64,000 nucleotides of DNA from Simkaniaceae bacterium (GTDB lineage Bacteria > Chlamydiota > Chlamydiia > Chlamydiales > Simkaniaceae), in NCBI GenBank assembly GCA_028281675.1, contig JANQJL010000057.1, positions 2,077 to 66,076 of the forward strand, written 5' to 3'. Of this stretch, positions 9,313 to 19,009 are shown piece by piece (the stretch's first letter is position 1; the number at the start of each line of letters is the position of its first letter). A program made the translations under genes and the position numbers. Below the pieces are notes generated by a model. It worked only from the letters and a program-made list of their open reading frames with translations. It was not told the DNA's origin and did not search any database.

Positions 9313-12300
9313 ATGGGTTGGACACACCTCCATGTTCATTCTCAATATTCAATTTTGGATTCGACCTGTTCGGTCCAACTCCTTGCTGAAAAAGGAGCAA
9401 GCTTTGGAATGGAAGCCTTAGCTCTCACCGATTTCTGTAACATGTTTGGCATTGTGGATTTTTTTAAGGCGTGCAAAAGTGTAAAAATTAAACCTATTAT
9501 CGGTTGTGAAGTGGTCGTTGCTCCCCTTTCACGAACAGATAAAATGAGAATATCGGGATACTCTGTTGGGTATCCTTTAATCCTTTTGGCAAAGAATCAA
9601 AAAGGGTATCAAAATCTCTGCAAGATTTCTTCGATTGGTTACTTAGAGGGGTTTTATTATACCCCTCGTGTTGATAAAGAGATTTTGGAAAAATATTCTG
9701 AGGGACTTATTTGTCTTTCCGGTCCTATTCAGGGAAGGTTAGCACAATTTATTATTCAGGACCGGGCTGAAGAGGTCGAAGGGGAACTGAGGTGGGCGGA
9801 GAAAGTTTATGGTGAGAACTTCTATTTCGAACTTCAGCGTCACCAAATGGGCGATGCTCATATCCAGTCGGAAGGGATAGATCAAGAGTCTTGGCTTTAC
9901 CAGTATTACCTGGATCGAGTCAAAAATCAGAACAAGGTAAATGATCAACTTATTACGCTATCCAAAGAGAGAGGAATTCCCCTTGTTGCGACAAATGGAG
10001 TTCATTATATCAATCGGGAGGATTGGCGGGCTCATGAAGTTTTGATGAATGTACAATCGGGTGAACCGGTAGAAGTTATTCAGCGGGATTCCTTTGGAAA
10101 TCCAATAGGACGAGAGTTAAATCCCAAGCGAAAAGTCATCCCAACTCATGAACTCTACTTTAAATCTCCAGAGGAGATGGAAGCTCTTTTCGTAGATATT
10201 CCCGAAGCGGTTGGAAACACCGAGAAAATTGCAAATGAGTGCACTGTCGAGATTGATTTTAAAGCAAGATTTTATCCCGTTTTTGTCCCTCCCTATCTTG
10301 AAGGGAAAAGCTTTGATGAAAAAACGCGGCTTAAAGAGGGTGCGGAATTTTTACGGAAACTTTGCAAAGAGGGGATTCCAAAAAGATATACTCCTGAGCG
10401 CCTTGAAAAAGTGAAGGAAAAATATCCTGACGAAGACCCAATGGTAGTGGTGAAAGAAAGGCTTGAAAGAGAGCTTGAGATTATCATCTCAAAAGGAATG
10501 TGCGATTACCTTTTGATTGTTTATGATTTTATTTCCTGGGCCAAAAATCAAGGGATTCCTGTAGGACCTGGTAGGGGATCAGGGGCTGGGTCTATTATTC
10601 TCTATCTCATTGGAATTACCGATATTGAACCTCTCCGCTTTAACCTCTTCTTTGAGCGTTTTATCAATCCTGAACGGATGTCCTATCCCGATATTGACGT
10701 TGACATCTGTATGGATCGTCGCTCTGAAGTGATCGAGTATACCCTAAAAAAGTATGGAAAAGACAAAGTTGCTCAAATCATTACTTTTGGAACGATGAAA
10801 GCAAAGATGGCGATAAAAGATGTTGGAAGGGTTTTAAGTGTTCCCTTAACAAAGGTTAATGAAATTGCAAAGCTTGTCCCTGAAGATCCCACGATGACTC
10901 TTAAGAAAGCTTTTGCATTGGATCCTGAGCTCAAGAGAATGGCCGAAAACGATGAAGATGGAAAACGGGTTTTAGAATATGCTCAAAGGCTTGAAGGGTC
11001 GATCCGTAACACTGGAATTCATGCTGCAGGACTTATCATTTGTGGAGATCCACTCACCGATCATATTCCTATTTGCAATGCCAAAGATTCTGAGATGGCT
11101 GTTACCCAGTACTCGATGAAACCTGTGGAAGCCGTTGGAATGCTTAAAATTGACTTCTTGGGACTTAAAACACTCACATCGATTCAGAAAACTGTAGAAG
11201 CGATTAAGGTCCACGGAGGAGAACAGATTGACTGGGTGAATCTCCCCCTTGAAGATCAAACCACTTTTAACCTCCTTAACCAAGGGAAAACGCAAGGTGT
11301 TTTCCAGTTGGAATCAACAGGGATGCAAGAACTTGCAAAACACCTTCATATCGACAAATTCGAAGAGATCATTGCAGTGGGCGCCCTTTATCGCCCTGGG
11401 CCGATGGAGATGATCCCCTCCTTTATTAACCGGAAACATGGAAGAGAAAAAATTGAAGTTGACCATCCATTGATGGAGGATGTCATCCGTGAGACCTATG
11501 GGATTATGGTTTATCAAGAGCAGGTGATGCAGATTGCTTCTCTCCTTGCTAATTACTCTTTGGGAGAAGGTGATGTGCTTCGCCGCGCTATGGGGAAAAA
11601 AGATCGGAAAGAGATGACAAAACAGCGGGAAAAATTTCGCACGGGTGCCCTTGAAAAAGGGATTGATGAAGAGAAGGCAATGGAAGTTTTCGATAAAATC
11701 GAAAAATTTGCCTCTTACGGTTTTAACAAATCTCATGCGGCTGCTTATGGATACTTAAGCTATGTTACCGCCTATCTTAAAGCAAACTATCCGAAGGAGT
11801 GGCTTGCAGCGCTCATGACTTCCGATAGTGATGACCTCACAAAAGTTTCGAAACATATCCGTGAGTGTGAGGCTATGGAGATTAAGATTCTCCCTCCTGA
11901 CGTGAATGAATCGGGAACTGAATTTGCTGCTGCTCCCTCAGGGATTCGTTTTGCCATGTCAGGAATTAAAGGGGTGGGACGAGGCGTTGTTGAAACGATT
12001 ATTGAGGAGCGAAAAGAAAACGGCCTTTATAAATCACTCTACGACTTTTTTAAGAGAATCGATCTGACAAAAGTAGGGAAAAAAGTTGTTGAAAATTTGA
12101 TCGATGCAGGGTGTTTTGATTTTACAAAGTGGACACGGCAAGAGCTACTAGAAAGCGTTGAGCCGATGTTTGAACAGACGTTCAGGGAGCAAAAAGAACA
12201 AGCAAAAGGGGTGATGGATTTTTTCTCTATCTTTGAAGAGGAAGAAAAAGCTCCTTTTAATTTCCCTCCAAAAGTTGAAAAACAACAAGAGAAAAAAGAA

Positions 12301-13035
12301 CTTCTTGCAAAGGAAAAAGAATTTTTAGGGTTTTATCTGACAGGGCATCCTATGGATGAATACCGCCCCCTTATCGATAAACTAGGATGTGTCCCTTTTC
12401 ATGAGCTTGAGAAAGAAAAATCGGGAAGCGTTGTCAAAACAGCCTTTATTATCGAGAGTGTCAAAGTTAAGATCTCCCAAAAAACCCAAAAGAAATTTGC
12501 CATTTTAGTCATCAGTGATGGAATGGAAAGGTTTGAGCTCCCTGTTTGGCCCGATATGTATGAGGAAAATAGTCACCTTTTTATCGAAAACCAACTCCTT
12601 TTCTCTATACTGCAGGTCGAAAAAGAAGAGGATTCAATCCGTCTTCGGTGTCGGTCTCTTGAGGATTTATCAACAATTAATGAAGAAAATGCTCAGCAAT
12701 TAAATACCTTATATGAACAGGTCAAACAAGTGGCAAGCTCTGATACGAGGCGAAGAAAAAAGCAAAATCTGGAGAAATCTATGGAAAAAGGGATAGAAAA
12801 AAAACTTCATCTTTCCTTAGACGCAAACCTTGTCCGTCTATCGGAAATTATAAAATTAAAAAAAATCTTTCATAAGTATCCAGGAACTTCTCCCGTATAC
12901 ATTGCCTTTCATAACGGTGAAAAAAGGGTTGGAACTGTTGAAGTTGAATCAAAATGGGGGGTCGGATGGAGTCTTGAGCTTGAAAATCAGCTGAAAATTC
13001 TTTCATTTATTCAATCCTTTAGGGTAGATTCTTGA
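9313..13035 (+). CDS. dnaE: DNA polymerase III alpha subunit
   Basis: 1240 aa. PHP domain HLHVHSQYSILDS, plus GPGRGSGAGS and FNKSHAAAYG. Confidence 0.97.
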   Translation: MGWTHLHVHSQYSILDSTCSVQLLAEKGASFGMEALALTDFCNMFGIVDFFKACKSVKIKPIIGCEVVVAPLSRTDKMRISGYSVGYPLILLAKNQKGYQNLCKISSIGYLEGFYYTPRVDKEILEKYSEGLICLSGPIQGRLAQFIIQDRAEEVEGELRWAEKVYGENFYFELQRHQMGDAHIQSEGIDQESWLYQYYLDRVKNQNKVNDQLITLSKERGIPLVATNGVHYINREDWRAHEVLMNVQSGEPVEVIQRDSFGNPIGRELNPKRKVIPTHELYFKSPEEMEALFVDIPEAVGNTEKIANECTVEIDFKARFYPVFVPPYLEGKSFDEKTRLKEGAEFLRKLCKEGIPKRYTPERLEKVKEKYPDEDPMVVVKERLERELEIIISKGMCDYLLIVYDFISWAKNQGIPVGPGRGSGAGSIILYLIGITDIEPLRFNLFFERFINPERMSYPDIDVDICMDRRSEVIEYTLKKYGKDKVAQIITFGTMKAKMAIKDVGRVLSVPLTKVNEIAKLVPEDPTMTLKKAFALDPELKRMAENDEDGKRVLEYAQRLEGSIRNTGIHAAGLIICGDPLTDHIPICNAKDSEMAVTQYSMKPVEAVGMLKIDFLGLKTLTSIQKTVEAIKVHGGEQIDWVNLPLEDQTTFNLLNQGKTQGVFQLESTGMQELAKHLHIDKFEEIIAVGALYRPGPMEMIPSFINRKHGREKIEVDHPLMEDVIRETYGIMVYQEQVMQIASLLANYSLGEGDVLRRAMGKKDRKEMTKQREKFRTGALEKGIDEEKAMEVFDKIEKFASYGFNKSHAAAYGYLSYVTAYLKANYPKEWLAALMTSDSDDLTKVSKHIRECEAMEIKILPPDVNESGTEFAAAPSGIRFAMSGIKGVGRGVVETIIEERKENGLYKSLYDFFKRIDLTKVGKKVVENLIDAGCFDFTKWTRQELLESVEPMFEQTFREQKEQAKGVMDFFSIFEEEEKAPFNFPPKVEKQQEKKELLAKEKEFLGFYLTGHPMDEYRPLIDKLGCVPFHELEKEKSGSVVKTAFIIESVKVKISQKTQKKFAILVISDGMERFELPVWPDMYEENSHLFIENQLLFSILQVEKEEDSIRLRCRSLEDLSTINEENAQQLNTLYEQVKQVASSDTRRRKKQNLEKSMEKGIEKKLHLSLDANLVRLSEIIKLKKIFHKYPGTSPVYIAFHNGEKRVGTVEVESKWGVGWSLELENQLKILSFIQSFRVDS

Positions 13036-13055
13036 GTAGACGTAAATAGGTAACC

Positions 13056-14030
13056 ATGAGAATCGTAGCACTATTTTTTTTAATTTGTTTTGGCACTTTA
13101 TATGCAAATCCTCTTGACCCCCTTATTAGGAGTCAGATCAACGTTCACGTTTATTACTCCAAGATGATTGACTACTATCAAACGGAAAATTGGCAAAAAC
13201 TTGCTTGGAGTTGTGAAGATTTAATCGCTGACTTTCCAACCAGTCCTTTTGCCCGTGAAGCACTTTATTATTTAGGAGTTGCAGAATATAAGTTGGGTGA
13301 ATACGACTATGCGAACCGTGCTTTTTCCGATTACTTAAAAGAAGAGTTAACCCCAAAATTTTTCGAACAAACGATTCGCTTTAAGTTTGAAATTGCTACG
13401 GAGTTTGATGGAGGAAGTCGCGTTCACCTCTTTGGTTGGAGTAAAATGCCGAAATGGCTTCCAGCATATGAAGAGGCGATTGAGATTTATGATGAGGTTA
13501 TTACAACCATGCCCCGGGACGATCTAGCGGCTAAATCTCTTTACCGAAAGGGGAGACTTCTCCTCCGAATGGAAGAATATAAGAAAAGTATCGATGCCTT
13601 TCAAACCTTATGCCGCCGTTTTCCTAAACATCCCCTTGCTCCTGATGGATATGTAGGAATTTCAGATGTTTATTTGTCTGAATGCAAGGAAAATTTCCCT
13701 GATGCCAATAAGTTAGAACTTGCCGAAATTAATCTTCGAAAATTTCGCACACATTTCCCGGGTGAACCTCGCATTGATGAAGCAGAAAAAAGACTCCAAG
13801 GCATGAAGGAAGAACTCGCAAACGATCTTCTTGAAATTGCTGAATTTTACGAACGAACAAAGAAAGACAAAGCAGCAGCGATCTATTACGCCACGATTTT
13901 GAAAAAATATCCGGAAACTAAAGCAGCCAAGAAATCAGAAAAAAGACTTAAGGTTCTCGATGCCCCCGATATCTATTCTAAGAAAAAGTCTCTTCAAGAC
14001 GACGCTATTCTCGTTGATTCTTCTGACTAG
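13056..14030 (+). CDS. TPR-like outer-membrane assembly lipoprotein, BamD(YfiO)-like
   Basis: Signal peptide, then repeated TPR-like helices (ALYYLGVAEYKLGEYDYANRAFSDYL; SLYRKGRLLLRMEEYKKSIDAFQTLCRRFPKHPLAPDG) typical of BamD-family proteins. Confidence 0.55.
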   Translation: MRIVALFFLICFGTLYANPLDPLIRSQINVHVYYSKMIDYYQTENWQKLAWSCEDLIADFPTSPFAREALYYLGVAEYKLGEYDYANRAFSDYLKEELTPKFFEQTIRFKFEIATEFDGGSRVHLFGWSKMPKWLPAYEEAIEIYDEVITTMPRDDLAAKSLYRKGRLLLRMEEYKKSIDAFQTLCRRFPKHPLAPDGYVGISDVYLSECKENFPDANKLELAEINLRKFRTHFPGEPRIDEAEKRLQGMKEELANDLLEIAEFYERTKKDKAAAIYYATILKKYPETKAAKKSEKRLKVLDAPDIYSKKKSLQDDAILVDSSD

Positions 14031-14574
14031 TTGCGGCTATCATACTGGCAATGAAGGAGTGACTCTTTCTATTCCCTATTTTTCAGGGGATACGAATGGA
14101 ACCCTTACCGACACGGTGATCAAAGTAGTTACATCCTCTGGGGACTATCAATACACCGATCATGGAGGTGCTCTTCTCCTGGAAGGGACAATCATTTCAG
14201 ACTCGAATGAAAATATCGGCTATCAATTTGATCGTGATCCGATCTCTGGAAGGCGGATCCATCGTCTTGTTCCTAATGAGGGAAGGCGAGAGCTCACCGT
14301 TCAAATTACCCTCACTGATGCCCGTTCTCAAAAAGTTCTCTATGGGCCCACCAATATCTCTGCTTACGGCGACTATGACTTTGTAGATTCCGATTCCCTA
14401 AGAGACACATCGTTTATCAATCCTGCAGGAACGCGGGAGTCTGTCCTCTTTTTTTCTCTTGGGCAACTCGATTCAATTGATGGAGCACAAGCAACGTCTC
14501 TTAACCCTATTCATCGCAACTTAGCACTCAAAATCGTTGAGGGAATTTCTAATCTTCCCTACAATGCCGAGTAA
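13960..14574 (+). CDS. putative lipoprotein (possibly LptE-like; function uncertain)
   Basis: ATG start and a lipobox-like LLTSC after a basic/hydrophobic signal peptide. Overlaps the upstream gene by 71 nt. Its stop is coupled to the rsbW start. Confidence 0.5.
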   Translation: MPPISILRKSLFKTTLFSLILLTSCGYHTGNEGVTLSIPYFSGDTNGTLTDTVIKVVTSSGDYQYTDHGGALLLEGTIISDSNENIGYQFDRDPISGRRIHRLVPNEGRRELTVQITLTDARSQKVLYGPTNISAYGDYDFVDSDSLRDTSFINPAGTRESVLFFSLGQLDSIDGAQATSLNPIHRNLALKIVEGISNLPYNAE

Positions 14575-14993
14575 TGAATAAAATTTTTACCGCAGAGCTT
14601 GCCTCCTTGCATCCCATACTTGAATGGGTCTGTGAACACTTAGAAGAGACTAATCTCTCCGATATAGATATTCGTCGCATAGAAATTGCCCTTGAAGAAG
14701 GGATTGTCAATATCATCTCCTATGCCTATCAAGGAAAAGTAGGGAACATAGAAGTTTCCTTTGAGCACTGTGAGGGTGATCACGTTACAATCACCTTTAA
14801 AGACACCGGCCTCCCATTCAATCCTCTTAAACACAAAAAAGAGATCGACCCCTTTACCCCAGTCGAGGAGCTAGAAGAGGGGGGGCTCGGCATCCTCTTC
14901 ATGCAAAAGCTCATGGATAAAGTCGAATATATCCGTCAAAACGATACAAACATTCTCATTCTTCGAAAAAACCTACCAAAAAAATCCCGTTAA
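14574..14993 (+). CDS. rsbW: anti-sigma regulatory factor / Ser-Thr kinase (RsbW-like, HATPase_c)
   Basis: 139 aa. EEGIVNIISYAY, DTGLPFNP and GGLGILFMQKLMDKVEY match GHKL ATPase boxes of RsbW/SpoIIAB-type proteins. Confidence 0.75.
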   Translation: MNKIFTAELASLHPILEWVCEHLEETNLSDIDIRRIEIALEEGIVNIISYAYQGKVGNIEVSFEHCEGDHVTITFKDTGLPFNPLKHKKEIDPFTPVEELEEGGLGILFMQKLMDKVEYIRQNDTNILILRKNLPKKSR

Positions 14994-15005
14994 CCCTCGT
15001 GCTAC

Positions 15006-15476
15006 CTATTTTCCAATAGATGAAATCGCTTCTTCCGTATCGATCACTTCTGACAAATAATATTTTAATAGTCTTAGGACAAATTTAGGTGTGTTATAGA
15101 CCCCTTTTGTCGAAAAGACAATCTCGAGATGAGGACGCCCACTTCTAATCAAGGAGATCATCACGATCGTTGTTGGGTTATCGTCAACTATTTTAGGGAC
15201 GATCCAAATCGCAAACTGATGATTGAAAAGGGTTACCTTATCCGGTGTTTCAATCACATGAAAATAGTGAGGCAATTGCTCTTGGTTTTTATCTTCTTCA
15301 AAAGCATCATGGGCCAGAAGACCTGTCTCCTCCAAAAGTGCCATGTCCACTTCTATAATACCTTCTGGAATCCAACTCGGTAAACTCGAGATAAATTCAT
15401 TATAGGCTTGATCTAATTGTATGGGATTCATAAATGATCCGCTAGCTCCTTCATTACCACTCATATCATAAACCAA
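15006..15476 (-). CDS. hypothetical acidic protein
   Basis: 156-aa ORF. The tracked start is TTG, and ATG at 15464 is an alternative. No motif recognised. Confidence 0.5.
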   Translation of the reverse strand: MVYDMSGNEGASGSFMNPIQLDQAYNEFISSLPSWIPEGIIEVDMALLEETGLLAHDAFEEDKNQEQLPHYFHVIETPDKVTLFNHQFAIWIVPKIVDDNPTTIVMISLIRSGRPHLEIVFSTKGVYNTPKFVLRLLKYYLSEVIDTEEAISSIGK

Positions 15477-15530
15477 TGAGAAAGTCTCGACGCTTACCTT
15501 TTGTATTGGCTTACTTTTCTCTTAATATTC

Positions 15531-15568
15531 ACCCCCTCCTTTTTTTTAAAGGGGTGTTTTATTTTTTA
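15531..15568 (+). terminator. orphan terminator-like hairpin
   Basis: CACCCC (15531-36) ... GGGGTG (15552-57) followed by TTTTATTTTTT. No plus-strand gene ends just upstream, so its role is unclear. Confidence 0.3.
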
Positions 15569-15829
15569 ATTTTGATTTCATTTAAACAGCTTAATTTTTA
15601 AATCTTTAGCGGGTTAGTTTTTGTTAAACTTTCTTCTACCCCAGTGCCACTTATTTCGCTCTTTTCATACATTTGGTCATGCATCACAAATATTTTATCC
15701 TAAAGGATGTGTGAATTTGTGCCATGGAACCAACTTTGCAAAAATACTCAAAAAATCGACGAATCTGGACTTTTGCAAGTGGCTCTAAATTCTAAATTTG
15801 TTACAACAGATAAAAAGTAAGGATTGAGA

Positions 15830-17140
15830 ATGCGGACGTTATTTTTCTCTTTTTTTCTTCTAGTCTTTGTTTCTGCAAAAGGAGAGCAGCTCGATGTAAA
15901 AGTTTCTGCCAAATCAGCGATTTTGATGAATGCTGAGACGGGTGCAATTCTATACGAGAAGAATGGGGATGATCGCGCTTTTCCTGCAAGTCTTACAAAA
16001 ATTGCGACCTGCCTTTATGCAGTGAAAAAAAATAAGAAGGGTTATAGAGAGCTTGTTTCTTGTCCTCACCATTGTCTTAGAAGGATGAATAAGTCGGTAA
16101 AATTGTCCCACAATTACAAGGATCCCGCCTACCTTTTGGAACCAGATGGGACACATTTTATGATCAAAAGGGGAGAAGAACTTTCATTTAAAGATCTTTT
16201 ATATGGCTTGATGCTTGTTTCGGGAAACGATGCAGCAAATTATATAGCCTACTACTTGGGTGGGAGTATTCCTAAATTTGTGAAAGGGATGAATGTTTAT
16301 CTTAAAAGTATTGGGTGCCAAGATACCAATTTTACAAATCCTCATGGTTTGCACCATCCCAAACATTGGTCAACGGCGCGTGATATTGCTTTGATTACAA
16401 AAGAAGCTCTTAAAGAAGATCTAATCAGAACAATCGTATCAACAAAAGAGTACGAAAGGGGAGAGACAAACCTCCAAATTGCTAAGAAAATACAAAACAA
16501 AAACCAATTGATTCAACCTGGAAAGTTTTTCTATCCTCAAGCAATCGGGATGAAGACGGGATATCACTCCGATGCTGGCCATACCTACGCAGCTGTTGCA
16601 AAAAACAACGGGAGAACACTCATTGCTGTTCTCTTAGGATGTTCAGATTCTCATCAGGTCTACCGTGATGCGATCCGTCTCTTTGAAGCGGCGTTTGATG
16701 AAAATAAAGAAGAGCGGTTTCTTTTTAACAAAGATGAAAATATTTTTAGTCGAGAGGTTAAGCAAGCGAAAGATCATCTTAAGGCAGCACTTACCGAGAA
16801 TATTGCGATCTCTTATTATCCTGCCGAAGAGCCGAGCATCACGATAGAACTCAACTGGGATCATCAACTTCCCCCTATTAGAGAAGGTAGCTTTGTAGGA
16901 TCGATCAACATCCTTGACAAACAAGGGAATACTTTGAAAAGTTCTCCCTTAGTTGCCACAGAACAAGTCGATCGAGCATTTTCAGCATTCCTGGGCGATG
17001 CGATGCATGGAGATTGGGTCTGTCCTAATGAGCTCCAGAAAATTCTTACCCTTTTCTTAGCGACCGGAATAGGGCTTAGTCTATTTGGTCTCTATCGGAT
17101 TGAGGGCATAAAAAAGAGAAGAAAAGTTCGCAAGCGTTAG
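15830..17140 (+). CDS. D-alanyl-D-alanine carboxypeptidase (PBP5/6 class)
   Basis: Signal peptide. SxxK (SLTKIAT), SxN (VSGNDAA) and KTG (MKTGYH) motifs. C-terminal membrane anchor. I moved the start to ATG 15830, which sits 6 nt after AAGGA (the tracked start is TTG). Confidence 0.85.
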   Translation: MRTLFFSFFLLVFVSAKGEQLDVKVSAKSAILMNAETGAILYEKNGDDRAFPASLTKIATCLYAVKKNKKGYRELVSCPHHCLRRMNKSVKLSHNYKDPAYLLEPDGTHFMIKRGEELSFKDLLYGLMLVSGNDAANYIAYYLGGSIPKFVKGMNVYLKSIGCQDTNFTNPHGLHHPKHWSTARDIALITKEALKEDLIRTIVSTKEYERGETNLQIAKKIQNKNQLIQPGKFFYPQAIGMKTGYHSDAGHTYAAVAKNNGRTLIAVLLGCSDSHQVYRDAIRLFEAAFDENKEERFLFNKDENIFSREVKQAKDHLKAALTENIAISYYPAEEPSITIELNWDHQLPPIREGSFVGSINILDKQGNTLKSSPLVATEQVDRAFSAFLGDAMHGDWVCPNELQKILTLFLATGIGLSLFGLYRIEGIKKRRKVRKR

Positions 17141-17920
17141 CTCTTGCGGCCTAGCACTTTTCTCGAGGCCAATCTTTTCCAGAGCTTTTTCAATTTCTAC
17201 AGCTGACTTGAATTGTTTTAATGAGACTCGGAGCATTTTCCGTCGCATTTGAAAGGCGCTCCGGATCAGCTCAAAAAGCTCTTCATAAGGAGCATCGACT
17301 GGTGGTATTTTCAGCTTCAATTCTAAGACGGCAGAATCAATTTTAGGCTTAGGATAGAAGCAAGCTCTTGGAACCGTGAAGAGAAGTTTAGCATTTGCAT
17401 GGTAGTTTGTAAAAAGGGTAAAAGAGCTATAATCTTTTGTCCTTACACTTGCAGTACATCGCTCTGCAACCTCTTTTTGTACCATGAGATGAATAGATTC
17501 GATAAACTCCCGTTTTGGCAATAGTTCCTGCAGGATAAGTCCCGTGAGGTTATAGGGGATGTTTGCGATAACCTTTACTTTCTTCCTGTTCTCTTTTAAC
17601 AAACGTTTTAATCGGATATTGCGAAAATCATCAATGAATATTTTAAGTTTGCCGTTTTGGAGGCGTTCTAAGTGGTGGGCTAATTTCTCATCTTTTTCAA
17701 TAGCAATGACATTGGCACCTCGAGCCAAAAGGGCTTCCGTCAGAGCTCCTGGACCTGGACCAATTTCTAGAGCTGTATCGCCTGGCGCTATCTCAGTAGC
17801 ATCGACCATTTTATTTAGGATGTTTCCATCGATAAGAAAATTTTGAGAGAGTCCTTTTTTAGGCTGGATTCCCATTTCATTTAGGAATTGGTGGAGCTCG
17901 GATGGTTTATAGAGCCCCAT
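17081..17920 (-). CDS. rsmA: 16S rRNA (adenine1518/1519-N6)-dimethyltransferase
   Basis: LSQNFL, SAM motif LEIGPGPGALTE, and NIPYN. 279 aa. Confidence 0.9.
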   Translation of the reverse strand: MGLYKPSELHQFLNEMGIQPKKGLSQNFLIDGNILNKMVDATEIAPGDTALEIGPGPGALTEALLARGANVIAIEKDEKLAHHLERLQNGKLKIFIDDFRNIRLKRLLKENRKKVKVIANIPYNLTGLILQELLPKREFIESIHLMVQKEVAERCTASVRTKDYSSFTLFTNYHANAKLLFTVPRACFYPKPKIDSAVLELKLKIPPVDAPYEELFELIRSAFQMRRKMLRVSLKQFKSAVEIEKALEKIGLEKSARPQELTLANFSSLFYALNPIETK

Positions 17921-17923
17921 TTA

Positions 17924-18997
17924 CTAGATCATCAAAAAAGGGTGATAGTCATCTGGGAGTTCGAATTTTGGATTATGGTGATCATAACCAAAGCGTTTTT
18001 TGAGAGATTTGATATAATCATCTTTTTCATGCTCAGCGGTTTCAAAAAGGAGCTCATTTTTGAGTTTGTCATACATCTGGTCAAAGGTTTCAGGGAGATT
18101 TTTGATAACATCCTTAAGGTAGAAAATTCGAAAAACAGTACGATTATCAAAACGGCTTACTTGAGATACAGGAGGGCTATAAGAATCTGGAGAGAGTCCT
18201 TTAATCACATCAAAGTGCATTTCAGAAAGCTTTTGTGACTTCCCAGAATAATCATCTGATAGGTTCACTGTCACCCCATCTTCCACAAGCATTGAAGGAA
18301 GCTTTTCTATCGGCTGCTTCTCTTTTTCTAGGAGGTTGTGGGCTTTTTCAGCAACACCTGCGCAGGTTTTTTCATCTTTTCCGCGAATAGAAAGGACTTG
18401 GTATGTCCATTCATCCTCGGGGGGACTCTTTTTTAAGTAGTCTTCATACGCGTTTTTAATCGCTTGGGGAGTTGTTGTCTGAAAAGCCTTGGAGTGGACT
18501 TTCATTCCGATTAGTTGTTGAACAGTAAGTTCATTCCGGATCATTTCGCGTGCTTCTTCATACTCATAATTCCCTTTATGGAGGTTGGACATAATATTTG
18601 GCCCAAAACGCTCTTCGAGCTCTTCTCTCACTGCTCCATCGCTAATTTTGATTTCCTTTTGCTCAGCATCCAAAAGAACCAGTTCATCATTGATCATATC
18701 GGTGAGGGTTTGCTCCCAACGACTCATATAATATTGATATTTTTCAACAGAAGTGGGGTTAAACTCAGGGTAGTACTCAGAAAGGAAGAGGTTCATTTTT
18801 TTCACAACATCATAAAGGGAGATCACTTTTCCATTAATCTTTGCAAGAGGGCGATTATTAATCATGAGGCGTGGCTCATTGGAAACAGTACTTGAGGGAT
18901 CAATAAAAGCAGGAGTCTCGATATCTATATCGGCGAAACCCAAAGAAAAAATCGTTGTAAATAAAAAAACTAATCCGTAATACTTTCGCATCTCCAT
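17924..18997 (-). CDS. hypothetical secreted protein (SurA-N-terminal-like chaperone?)
   Basis: Signal peptide, 357 aa. The segment INGKVISLYDVVKKMN...WEQTLTDMINDELVLLDAEQKEIKISD resembles SurA N-domain proteins. The functional call is weak. Confidence 0.45.
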   Translation of the reverse strand: MEMRKYYGLVFLFTTIFSLGFADIDIETPAFIDPSSTVSNEPRLMINNRPLAKINGKVISLYDVVKKMNLFLSEYYPEFNPTSVEKYQYYMSRWEQTLTDMINDELVLLDAEQKEIKISDGAVREELEERFGPNIMSNLHKGNYEYEEAREMIRNELTVQQLIGMKVHSKAFQTTTPQAIKNAYEDYLKKSPPEDEWTYQVLSIRGKDEKTCAGVAEKAHNLLEKEKQPIEKLPSMLVEDGVTVNLSDDYSGKSQKLSEMHFDVIKGLSPDSYSPPVSQVSRFDNRTVFRIFYLKDVIKNLPETFDQMYDKLKNELLFETAEHEKDDYIKSLKKRFGYDHHNPKFELPDDYHPFLMI

Positions 18998-19009
18998 CCT
19001 TTCTTACAC

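Noticed and set aside
10972-11736. 107-aa and 140-aa minus-strand ORFs inside dnaE
   Set aside because: They are antisense to a 1240-aa gene with clear Pol III alpha motifs. The same reasoning applies to the other short antisense or out-of-frame ORFs listed inside aspS, hisS, uhpC, lnt, secY, the ABC genes, dnaJ and lon (for example 5107-5469, 62573-62776 and 63272-63520).
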